This document shows positions 43,001 through 51,065 of a DNA stretch of 64,000 nt, piece after piece. Origin of the DNA: Eledone cirrhosa (Eukaryota); assembly GCA_964016885.1 (NCBI GenBank), contig OZ024741.1, positions 221,774,001 through 221,838,000 of the forward strand, in the 5' to 3' direction. How positions within the stretch are numbered: position 1 is the first letter of the stretch; each line of letters starts with the position of its first letter. A program made the position numbers and the translations under genes. The notes beneath the pieces are model-generated. The model saw only the letters and a list, made by a program, of their open reading frames with translations, was not told the DNA's origin and made no database searches.

Positions 43001-44748
43001 ACATAAATTTGGAATTATTTGGATGTTTAAGTTTTGACTTACAACTATTAATAAATATAATTTTGCCAAACTTACTTTAATCAAATAAACTATACTAGAT
43101 TTTCTCTAATGTAAAATACTATATTTATTTAAATAATTTATAATCCATAACATACACATCTAAACGAATATATTATTACTAATACATCCTAATATAATAT
43201 AAATACTTCTGTTTTAATTTTAATTTTTAATATTAATATTAAATTAAATTTTTAATATTAAGGTAAATTTTAATCTTTAATTTTGATTTTTAATTTTAAT
43301 TTTTTTAACTTATCATTATAAATATTATAATCACAACGTAATGAACCATATATTCTAAATATTATTCTTCCATGTTAATCTTATTTCTTCTTTCACTTAG
43401 ATATATTTACGCTCTATATTCTTCCATTAATATTTATTTCTTCGTTCACTCTTGACTATCTTCACTATCACTATGTATAATCGTTTTTTCTTTCCTCTTC
43501 TCTCTTTCTCCTTCCTTTCTTTTTTCTCTCTCCCTTACATATCCTCTTCTTCCAACAGTTTAATTTAAATAAACCGTTATCTTTTCAACTTTTCGGACAC
43601 TCATTTGCATACTCACTCATAACTTTGTATTACCCTCAATAAAATATTATCTCCACTATTCCGGGTATGTCAATATTTATTTATAAAACAAATCTGTATT
43701 TTATCTGATGAAAGCGCACCATAATTTGCCTTGGTTGCCCTTGAAATATATATAATAAAATAAATATGGTTTTATAAATATATGGTCACGTGATGCGCAT
43801 GAAAGACGACAGTTGTATAAAAAAGTGCAGGGCAATAAAAATAGACGGTAGCCACGGAGTAGGCAGACCCAGAAAAACCTGGGACGACTTGATAAATTCC
43901 GACCTCACACACTTACACCTCTCCAAGACAATGTCACTGGACCGAGACCTTTGGCGCTACACAGTAATAGAGAAGACCCGCCTTACCTAAGTACAAAGTG
44001 AAACCTACTACAGTCAGTAGGCACCTCTAACAAAATACACCCCCCGTCCCACTACCCCCACCCCATCCACACCACCCCTTTCAATGTAAAGTTATGTTGG
44101 TGCCACAACATCCAGCCCGAAACAAATGAGGTCGTGTAGGTGTCACGACAAAAAAAAACACACAGTCCACGCTGTAATGTGGCCGTGTAGGTAACACGGT
44201 AAAAACCTCCCAGTTCCACACTGTAAATGTGGTTGGTGTTAGGAAGGGCATCCAGCCCTAGAAAATCCGCCAGACAGTCCTATGCGAGCAAGACAACCAC
44301 TCTTGCCTCAAGTGGGAAAACTCCCGTCCAAACCCATGCAAGCATGGAATATGGACGTTAAACGATGATGATGATGATGATGAGTTTCCATTTATTAATA
44401 TATTGTATATATATATAGAGAGAGAGAGTGAGAGAGAGAGAGAGATAAGACTGAGACCATTGACTTGATCCGTGCCAACCTATGCCAGCATGTAAAAGTG
44501 GAGATTAGATGATGATGATTTGATAAGCATAATAGACTTACCTGTATAACATAGCCAAAACTAAATGGCCTATACTTCTTCTCAACTAAAGTTGAGTAAC
44601 GCCTGTACATCCATATTTCTAGTCCACCAAAAATACCAATGACAAATATTAAAATACTGCTGGTTACAGTATCAATAAAGCAATGGTTTAAACCATTACC
44701 TCTCCAATAAATATTTATATCTGAGGTATTTTCACAGTACTGCAACAT
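3267..44748 (-). CDS. ABCB6: ABCB6/HMT1-like half ABC transporter, 5' portion (13 coding exons, 611 codons; continues beyond window start)
   Basis: Exons joined by hand at GT-AG sites with all phases matching. The join gives an N-terminal TMD0 and the motifs [70 protein letters not shown] and [25 protein letters not shown], ending just before the expected Walker A. Confidence 0.93.
4036..4447 (-). mobile_element. tRNA-derived SINE, full length
   Basis: Minus-strand A box TGGCTTAGTGG and B box GTTCGATTC; 12-bp TSD AATACTACATTT (4024-4035, 4448-4459). Confidence 0.85.
5024..5421 (-). mobile_element. RTE LINE 3' end inserted into a SINE
   Basis: (GAT)n tail; closely similar to 9701-10120 and 17439-17770. 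Confidence 0.85.
7137..7226 (+). ncRNA. Degenerate minimal hammerhead ribozyme (Penelope-like relic)
   Basis: TCCTC-TTGATAA-GTCGGCA..TGCCAC-GAAA-CTACGTAG-TC-GAGGA. Stems I and II and a palindromic stem III are present; the core has 2 changes from CTGATGA. Confidence 0.55.
7810..7895 (-). CDS. ABCB6: ABCB6 coding exon 12 ([28 protein letters not shown])
   Basis: Translated by hand; TTCAG acceptor, GTAAGT donor, 86 nt, phase 0 to 2. Confidence 0.92.
8308..9085 (-). mobile_element. Mariner transposase relic, frameshifted, one TIR retained
   Basis: Motifs [23 protein letters not shown] and [18 protein letters not shown]; TA-TTGGGTTGGCCAAAAA terminus near 8308. Confidence 0.88.
9385..9448 (-). 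CDS. ABCB6: ABCB6 coding exon 11 ([21 protein letters not shown])
   Basis: Translated by hand; TAG acceptor, GAG|GTAAG donor, 64 nt, phase 2 to 0. Confidence 0.92.
9701..13857 (-). mobile_element. Near full-length RTE LINE (APE endonuclease + RT, frameshifted), splitting a SINE
   Basis: [49 protein letters not shown], (GAT)n tail. The host SINE breaks at 9700 and resumes near 13858 (compare the intact copy at 13890-14020). Confidence 0.92.
14286..14500 (-). CDS. ABCB6: ABCB6 coding exon 10 ([14 protein letters not shown]...PLNWLGSYY)
   Basis: TTACAG acceptor, AG|GTAAG donor, 215 nt, phase 0 to 2. Confidence 0.93.
14731..14890 (-). mobile_element. tRNA-derived SINE, short young family, partial
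   Basis: Matches the copies at 28470, 38304 and 39167. Confidence 0.8.
16008..16073 (-). CDS. ABCB6: ABCB6 coding exon 9 ([22 protein letters not shown])
   Basis: Translated by hand; AAG acceptor, GTTAGT donor, 66 nt. Confidence 0.9.
16843..16952 (-). CDS. ABCB6: ABCB6 coding exon 8 ([17 protein letters not shown]...[10 protein letters not shown])
   Basis: Translated by hand; TTTTAG acceptor, GTTTGA donor, 110 nt, phase 1 to 0. Confidence 0.92.
17000..17200 (+). mobile_element. Possible non-autonomous Helitron 5' end
   Basis: A|TCTATATTACTAAAA start followed by (TGTC)n and AACCGATT..AAACTTT, resembling invertebrate non-autonomous Helitrons; no 3' CTRR end located. Confidence 0.4.
17439..18420 (-). 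mobile_element. 5'-truncated RTE LINE
   Basis: RWYGHV, C-x-x-C-x-x-WVHKRC and (GAT)n tail; same subfamily as 9701-13857. Confidence 0.9.
20456..20667 (-). CDS. ABCB6: ABCB6 coding exon 7 ([21 protein letters not shown]...SVYL)
   Basis: TTTCAG acceptor, GTAAGT donor, 212 nt, phase 2 to 1. Confidence 0.93.
20760..21340. repeat. Composite inverted/direct repeat element
   Basis: ~20910-21010 is the reverse complement of ~21230-21320; CTGTGAGTATTTT occurs at ~20765 and ~21023 and inverted at ~21205. Confidence 0.65.
21545..21905 (+). mobile_element. CR1-type LINE 3' fragment
   Basis: Same sequence as the 3' end of 45624-48920; (ATT)n tail. Confidence 0.85.
22200..23835 (+). mobile_element. Chimeric RTE relic: APE fragment of one family (22200-~22770) joined to the RT/3' end of another
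   Basis: ASWNVRTL...GVGFA..INDRIM..DFTARVG, then an abrupt switch to [15 protein letters not shown]; (GAT)n tail. Confidence 0.8.
24480..24582 (-). CDS. ABCB6: ABCB6 coding exon 6 ([34 protein letters not shown])
   Basis: Not in the ORF track; translated by hand. TTCCCCAG acceptor, GTAAAC donor, 103 nt, phase 1 to 2. Confidence 0.9.
25557..25661 (-). CDS. ABCB6: ABCB6 coding exon 5 (VNSLSE...LQGGGF)
   Basis: TTTTAG acceptor, GTAAGA donor, 105 nt, phase 1 to 1. Confidence 0.88.
25880..26750 (+). mobile_element. Old RTE-clade LINE fragment
   Basis: YVYLG...[11 protein letters not shown] and GHI..RPK motifs. Confidence 0.75.
26772..27180 (+). repeat. Tandem duplication with ~178-bp period (about 2.3 copies) of a dispersed MITE-like repeat
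   Basis: Units start at ~26772, ~26950 and ~27128. Related copies lie near 3440, 24100-24440, 29230-29480, 34600-34970 and 37550-37750. Confidence 0.85.
28470..28658 (-). mobile_element. tRNA-derived SINE, short young family
   Basis: GGGCGGTGGATTGGCAGTATCGG head, GTTCAAATCC B box, GCCTTTCATCCTTACGGGGTCGATAAAAT core. Confidence 0.88.
28887..29067 (-). CDS. ABCB6: ABCB6 coding exon 4 ([10 protein letters not shown]...WPKG...PIYYKNI)
   Basis: CAG acceptor, GTAAGT donor, 181 nt, phase 0 to 1. Confidence 0.9.
29228..29480. mobile_element. piggyBac-like MITE (~250 bp)
   Basis: TTAGCCCTCTTGTTACCA ... TGATATCAAAAGGGTTAA termini, i.e. a TTAA-CCC...GGG-TTAA pattern. Confidence 0.5.
29840..30461 (+). 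mobile_element. Penelope-like 3' relic between two (TA)n tracts, with direct terminal repeats and a hammerhead-like motif
   Basis: ~29851-29947 is repeated at ~30357-30461; CTGAAGA-TGGTT-ATCG-AACCA-GAAA at ~30307-30331. Confidence 0.5.
30001..30181 (+). mobile_element. tRNA-derived SINE, short young family
   Basis: 15-bp TSD ATTAATTAGACCCCA (29986-30000, 30182-30196). Confidence 0.9.
30510..32378 (+). mobile_element. 5'-truncated RTE LINE with an open RT domain
   Basis: ORF 30370-31641 contains [26 protein letters not shown] and YADD; (GAT)n tail. Confidence 0.93.
32830..33255 (+). repeat. Tandem ~115-bp units derived from a SINE/RTE 3' tail
   Basis: GTGTTGGTGATCTAC...TGTAAAGTG..GATAGGAAGGG...CCATAGAA seen three times. 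Confidence 0.75.
35830..37483 (+). mobile_element. Decayed RTE LINE
   Basis: [20 protein letters not shown]..., GKWPC, (GAT)n tail. Confidence 0.9.
37777..37909 (-). CDS. ABCB6: ABCB6 coding exon 3 ([14 protein letters not shown]...APG...EPEQ)
   Basis: TTTCAG acceptor, CAG|GTAAAC donor, 133 nt, phase 2 to 0. Confidence 0.87.
38304..38491 (-). mobile_element. tRNA-derived SINE, short young family
   Basis: 17-bp TSD TAAATAATTATAATAAT. Confidence 0.9.
39167..39353 (-). mobile_element. tRNA-derived SINE, short young family
   Basis: 16-bp TSD AGGGACATTAAATAAT. Confidence 0.9.
39518..39810 (-). CDS. ABCB6: ABCB6 coding exon 2 (IVFTTLL...[12 protein letters not shown]...WWWHLR)
   Basis: TTTTCAG acceptor, GTAAGT donor, 293 nt, phase 0 to 2. 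Confidence 0.88.
40222..40287 (-). ncRNA. Minimal type I hammerhead ribozyme (inverted copy, on the ABCB6 sense strand)
   Basis: Reverse complement of 43697-43762. Confidence 0.85.
40664..40849 (-). mobile_element. SINE inserted in the left Penelope arm
   Basis: 15-bp TSD TGTATTAGTAATAAT; the empty site is visible in the right arm near 43172-43188. Confidence 0.9.
41281..42380 (+). pseudogene. Penelope-like RT thumb + GIY-YIG endonuclease, disrupted
   Basis: Frameshift near 42130 and stop at 42284-42286 before the terminal CKH motif. Confidence 0.85.
43697..43762 (+). ncRNA. Minimal type I hammerhead ribozyme
   Basis: TATTTTAT-CTGATGA-AAGCGCACC...GGTTGCCCTT-GAAA-TATATA-TA-ATAAAATA: intact core, 8-bp stem I, palindromic stem III. 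Confidence 0.85.
43781..44382 (+). mobile_element. RTE 3' fragment inserted in the right Penelope arm
   Basis: Closely similar to 62633-63231; the arm sequence resumes as GAGTTTCCATTTATTAATATATTGT after the (GAT)n tail. Confidence 0.9.
44542..44748 (-). CDS. ABCB6: ABCB6 coding exon 1 ([10 protein letters not shown]...GYVIQ); exon begins at acceptor 44784 with 36 nt of 5'UTR
   Basis: Polypyrimidine tract TTTCTTTCTTTCAG acceptor, CAG|GTAAG donor, 207 nt, phase 0; YC..W...GL.HCF start typical of the ABCB6 TMD0. Confidence 0.85.
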
Positions 44749-44863
44749 CTTCAATATCTTTCGGTTAATTTAGCATGACAATTTCTGAAAGAAAGAAAAT
44801 AAAAACAATACTATATAAAAGGGTGTTGTAGTTTGTTTGAAGCACTGTGTAATGTGTAGAAAA

Positions 44864-45137
44864 TAGTGTTTTATTTGAAAGCTACCACAATAAGAATTGG
44901 ACAGTAAATGTTAAAAATATGGTGATAACAATGATGTTGGAATGTTACCTTGCAGGATAAAATCCCTTCATCAAAAGATTTAATAGAAGAAACTAGTTCA
45001 GAGCTCTATATGTTTTGATGAAATGATTTTATCCTGTAAAAAACTGCAAGGTAACATCTCAACGTCATTGTTATCATCATGTTTTTTTTATATTTACTGT
45101 CCCATTCACATTGTGGTAGCTCTCAAACAAAACACTT
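44864..45137. repeat. MITE-like imperfect palindrome
   Basis: ~44864-44978 is the reverse complement of ~45013-45137. Confidence 0.7.
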
Positions 45138-45623
45138 CTGACAGCAAGTGTTCCAATTGTTCAATGAACAAGACAGCCTGTCCTGAAATTAACATAAGTG
45201 ACTGAATATTCCACAGACGTGTGTACCCTTAACATTGCTCTCTAGGAGATTTAGCATGACACAGTATGTGGCATGGTAAGCCCTTTGAATTACAATTCCA
45301 GTCCATCAACAGACTTCCACACAGATTCTATCTACCCAATTTCACTCATAAGGCTTGGGTCAATCTAAGGCTATCATTAATGACACTTACCTAAGATGCC
45401 ACACAATGGAATTGAACCTGAAACCTTATGATTACAAAGCAAACTTCTGAACCAATTGGCCTTACTATGTCCAGCAATCCATATCTTCCTCATCACACAC
45501 ACATATTTTGTGTAGGACAAACATATATCTTCCACAACACACATAAATATCTTCCACAGCACACATATATTCCAGTGTATAAATATCTTCAAAACTAACA
45601 GTGTCACTTACAACAGTCCTGTT

Positions 45624-48600
45624 AATAATAATAATAAAATAATAATGAATTATAATGAAATTATTGTGTACAGTGCTCAGATGCACTACAACACATCAAA
45701 GGTGCATGTATAGTGCATAGAATAATGTTCAAATGCCAGGAAAGTGAACAGTGTATGAGTCATCATATATATGTGTGTATGGAGGGGGGGGGGGGGTATC
45801 AGGTGTAGTGTTGGCGAATTTCAGGAAGCATGGAGGTTTTAAAGGATGCAGTATCTCGGCAGCTAACAACTGATGCAGGTAATTTGTCCCATGCTTCAAC
45901 AACTCTAAGCATGAAAAAATGTTTCCGAAAGTCATGGGAGTTGTGCTGTTTTCTGACTTTGTAGGCATGCCCACGTGTGTTAGACACATGGAATTCAAAA
46001 AGGTGCTCAGAGTTGTTGTTGTTGGCAAGATGGTTAATAATTTTGTGGGTGTTTACCAAGTCAGTTGCCAAATGTAGGAGCTTCAATGTATCCATGCCCA
46101 GGGAAGCAAGGCGTTCAGAGTATGGTAGATGCCTGATGTAGGGTATTCGCTTGGTTGCACATCTCTGAACCATTTCCAGGAGATCAATGTTCTGAGCAAG
46201 ATAGGGGTTCCAGGCTGGTGATGCAAATTCTAAGTGTGGCCGCACCATAGCTATATACAGCTTTAAATAGATAGCTGGAGAGCAGCTAACAAAGGTCTTG
46301 CTGAGTGATGCCAAAACACCCAATTTTAAAGACGTACTTTGTCCAACGCAAATCGCTGTTGACAGTAATGCCCAGGTCACATTTGCAAGAAGACTTCTTG
46401 ACATTAGTGTTGTGGAGGGAGTATGTGGATGCTTTGTTTTTCCTCCCAAAATGCATGGTGGTACACTTGTCCACAGCAAGCTTGAGTTGCCAGTCCGTGA
46501 TCCATTGCTGCATTGTATCCAGGTCTAATTGCAGGAAAGATCTATAGAGTTCAGGATCTGTCCTTTTTATCTCAAGGTATAGCTTGATATCATCTGCATA
46601 TTTCAGTACTGTGGCATTCTTTAAGTTGGCATCTATGTCATTTATATATGCCACAATCAAAAGGGGACCAAGGACAGATCTCTGTGATACACCAAATAAC
46701 ATCTCATACTGTGACGAATGCTGTCCTAGAACAGCGACTACCTCTCTTCGACTGAGAATGAAGGACTTCAACCAGTTAAAAAGATCATCCTTCACACCTA
46801 TTGCAGAGAGTTTTGTCTTAAGTCTTTTGTGTGGTACAGAATTAAAAGCTTTAGCAAAATCAAGGTAAACAACATCCACCCATGAGCCGCCATCAGTAAT
46901 CCGGGTGATGTCTTCAAGAAACTCGATATGTTGATCACAGCAGCTGGAGTTAGGAATAAATCCAAATTGCGAGGGCTAGATATGACTGTGAGAATTCCAG
47001 AAGTTCCAGAGTGTTTCTCTGACACAGGATTCCATCAGTTTGGCAATGCAGCTAGTAAGACTGATTGGATGATAGTTGACAGGCGATGTGCGGTCACCCT
47101 TTTTGAACAGAGGAATGACACTGGCAGTTTTCTACTGCTCTGGAGTAGCACCGTTGTTAAGATATAATTGAAAGAAGAGTGAAAGCTGGTGCAGAAGGAA
47201 GTACCCACCACATTTGAGAAGCAGGTACATAACACCATCAAGACCAGGAGAGGCATGGTTGTGTTTATTCTTAAGGTGACGTCACAACATTGCAGGTGTA
47301 AATTCCATAGTTGTTATAGAATTTGATGTTAGAGGTGGTGATGGTACATTTTGGTTTTCAACAGTGAAAATGCCTGCATACCATTCAGCAACGAGTTCTG
47401 CGTATTCTTTGAGATCGTCAGTAATCTGGCTTGTGTGGGGATTGCGAAGAGGACCAACTGGAGAGTGAGGTCTCTGCTTTGAATGTACATATTTCCAGAA
47501 CACCTTACTGTCAGGGTTGGCTGCTATGTGTTGTTCAAATTCAAGCACTGCTTTTGTTGTCACCTGCTTGAGGTGGTTGGATGATTTATTTTGCTTTTTT
47601 CTATTGATATCTGATTTATGCAGTTTGTATTCACATTCAGCATTACAACATTCTTTCCTGGCAAGTTGGACTGCTGCAGTCTCCCAAATTGCACTTTTGG
47701 GATGTTTTTTTCTGCTCACATGGCACTGATGCTGCATATGCTGTACATATTGAGTTCAGGATGTTCTGAAGTATAGTGTTTACATCTCCAGAGTCGTAAA
47801 ATTCAAGCCAGTTTTGGTTATGCAGCTCCGTGCAGTAAGAGTTCCAGTTTGCTTTATTCCAGTCAAAGCAAGCAGTTTGTAGATGGTTGTGGTTTTTGTT
47901 ACTGACCATAAGAGACAGATTGGCAAAGATCATAGCATGATCAGAGTCACCTAAAGGTCCCTCAGTACTAACACTAATAACCGTTTTAGGAGTAGTGGAA
48001 ATTAGTAGATCCAAAGTGTTGTCACCTCTTGTTGGGGAGGTGACTACTTGGGACCAGTTCGAGTCCAGCACTAGCTCAAGGAAATCATCTCAGGGTGATT
48101 GAAGCCCCCTGCAATAAAAACATAAGTGGCTGTTTTCCTGGCAGCAGCTCTGAGGATATCACAAAGCTGTGTGTCCTAATTTGGGGTGCGGTAAACAACT
48201 CCAAGTAGACATGGTCATACGTATATCGCAAAAATATATTTCTTCTCGTGATTGGTTCAAATCAATGCAAGGAATTACTGAAAAGTTTGAATGAACGTAG
48301 ACCATCACACCACCACCACGATGATAAATGTGGTCTTTGCGAAACAAGTTGTAGCCAGCTATGCTGAAAACCCCGTAACTTTAATGAAATTAGGGTCGGT
48401 ATTTTTTATGTAAGAATCAAAAAGATGTATCTTGTTGCATTTAAGGACAACAATTTGTACCTTAATTTCAGTTTATGATGATGTGCAAGGAATGGCAGGT
48501 TGTTCTGATTTAGTTTCCCAGTTTTGTCAGTTTTTTCATTGCCAGCTATTGTGGGTACAATGTGTTCAAACCAGCTGGTATCTCTTTTCCATGTTTCATC

Positions 48601-48920
48601 AGCCTTAATAAACTTCCATATCTGCCCATCATCACGTAGGCTGAAACTTTCATGTTGTGCTGAGTTACAATTTAAGGAAGCTGCAGCACGTAGCTTTGGA
48701 CGTACATCAGGTGGTAGGCCAGGGTGTGTTGGGAAAGCAATCCAATTTTCACGCCTAGCTTTATCAGAGGCTAAAAGATATGAACGTGCCTCAGTAGAGT
48801 TTGAAAAAGACAGCCTAATTAGTCTGGGTTTCAGACCTGGTCGGCCAAGGCGGAGAGCACCCTTCGGCGGAGCATAGCCTAGGTCTTTGGATGAGCTGGC
48901 AGTAAATGCCTGAAGGATAC
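45624..48920 (-). mobile_element. CR1-type LINE (ORF1 remnant, APE, RT), decayed
   Basis: RGGGV, PTRGDNTLDL, SDH, DVVYLDFAKAF, YADD, RPHLEFASPAWNP, TRGHAYK; (ATT)n tail. Confidence 0.92.
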
Positions 48921-49780
48921 ACACAACAATGTAATGTTATACACACACAAAACACAAAACATGACATGTAATACCAGTGAAAATAAATGACCTCTAACAA
49001 TACCATGTTTTCCTGTACAAGATCTCTATACATTTACTGTGTACTTCCTATATATTCTTTATATATTATCTATTCTGTACAAACTATGTACTCTCTATCT
49101 ACTTACTGTGTGTTATATATTCTGTATACACTATGAATTCTATACTCCCTATGTGCTATATATTTTCTATGTACTGTATACTTTCTATATACTATATACT
49201 CATTATGTGCTATAAACCCAGGCTAGCGTGGTAGATAGACGTTAAACGATGATGATGTTGATGATACTCCCTATATACTATGTATTTTCCTTATACGCTC
49301 TAACTGCTACATACTCCCAATGTATTTTTTATGTCCTCACTATGCACTCTTTATTCATAATGAAATTAATTTTTTTTTAATTAAATTTTCTCCCTATGTG
49401 CTATATAATGGTAGAAAAAAATAGTAACGCAATTTTATCTCCACCTCTCAATCTCTTTATTGTGATAAGACAATTAATTATTTTGGAAAAAAGCTGACAA
49501 AATACAGCTGCCTTCCCCCACTTAAAAAGATAATATTACCTGATGTAAATTTATAGATCTTTTAGAACTTTTGTTCATGATAAAAAGATTCACTAGAAAA
49601 TAACTGAAACATGACATTGCTAAACATGTCATTATTGACTGACATTGTTAAGTAAAAACCTAATAATATAGTTTAAACTTATTTGGAGAAATTGAAACTT
49701 ACAGCTCATGAATATATAAGTTTATCTGACCTCCTATGAGGTTGCATTTCTCAAGAGGTTTCTTGGGTGTTTTAATAAAT

Positions 49781-49958
49781 AATTGTTTCTACGTTAGGCA
49801 CAAGGCCAGCAATTACCCAGTGCATTACTGGTACTTTATTTTATCGACCCGTAAGGATGAAAGGCAAAGTCAACCTCGACGGGATTTGAACTCAGATCGT
49901 AAAAGGACATAACTATGCTGGAAAGCATGGCGTCCGACCCTCTACCGATAGCCAATCG
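49781..49958 (-). mobile_element. tRNA-derived SINE, followed by a CR1 3' fragment (49975-50175)
   Basis: Family match; flanking direct repeat GGTGTTTTAATAAATAAT. Confidence 0.85.
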
Positions 49959-50711
49959 GTGTTTTAATAAATAATAATAATAATAATAATGAAATTATTG
50001 TGTAAAGTGCTCAGGTGCACTACAACTCGTCAAAGGTGCATGTATAGTACATAGAATAATACACAAATGTCAGGGAAGTGAATAGTGTATGAGTCATGAT
50101 ATACATGTGTGTATGTGTATGGAGGTGGAACGTAAGGTGTAGTGTTGGCGAATCTCAGGAAGCATGGTGGCCTTAAAGGGACCTCAGTCTTATCACACAC
50201 ACACAACACACACACAGCATTGTAACAGCTCACACCTATGTAACTTTAGTTGACCTCTTTCCAGGTACATTTCATAGGTTTGTTGGGTACACACACATAT
50301 GTTGTTACAACCCCCACATATGTAGGTTTAGCTGACCTCTTACAAGGTTCATAGGAGGTTTTAATGATAAGCACCCCAGTCCTATCATGATACAGCTGAC
50401 ACCTATGAAAACTTAGATAGCCTCCTAAAGATTGCATCTCATAGGAGGTTTCTCAAATGTTGACAGGTTTCTAATATAAGATTAAATATGAGAGGTTTTG
50501 TTTCATAGAATCAGAGCCAGTTTTGGTTGAGGTTTTACAATCATGTTGAAAATATTTCAGAAATACTTTTTAAATATATTAGTTTACAATTTTACAAGAT
50601 CATGTTTTGTGTGTGTGTGAGTGAAATTATATCCAAAAAGAAGCTGTGAATGCATGTGATTTAAGGTTAGATTTCTGGAGAGGGTGTGACATTACGTTTT
50701 TCATTATTATC

Positions 50712-51065
50712 TGGCAGTATCGGTAGAGGGTCGGACGCCATGCTTTCTAGCATAGTTACGTCCCTTTACGATCTGAGTTCAAATCCCGCCGAGGTTGGCT
50801 TTGCCTTTCATCCTTACGGGGTCGATAAAATAAAGTACCAGTAATACACTGGGTAATTGCTGGCCTTGTGCCTAAAGTAGAAACAATTATTATCTTAGTA
50901 ATGAATTAATTTATAATTTTAATATATCCTTCAAAACTTTTCATTATATAATTGAATTAATTGTTTCTACTTTTGGCACAAGGCCAGCAATTACCCAGTA
51001 TATTACTGGTACTTTATTTTATCGACCCCGTAAGGATGAAAGGCAAAGTCAACCTCGGCAGGAAT
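50712..51065. mobile_element. Two SINE copies in tail-to-tail inverted orientation
   Basis: 50712-50888 (+) and ~50959-51065 (-), both of the young family. Confidence 0.85.

Larger units (their letters stand above)
40088..44405 (+). mobile_element. 5'-truncated Penelope-like retroelement (Naiad type) with an inverted ~1-kb pseudo-LTR, set in (TA)n
   Basis: Frame from 41281 reads [12 protein letters not shown] (RT C-terminus), [16 protein letters not shown] (CxCx5C), IVY..YVGST..FKSRF..H (GIY-YIG) and CSLC..CKH. 40180-41281 is the reverse complement of 42767-44405 once insertions are removed. Confidence 0.88.
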
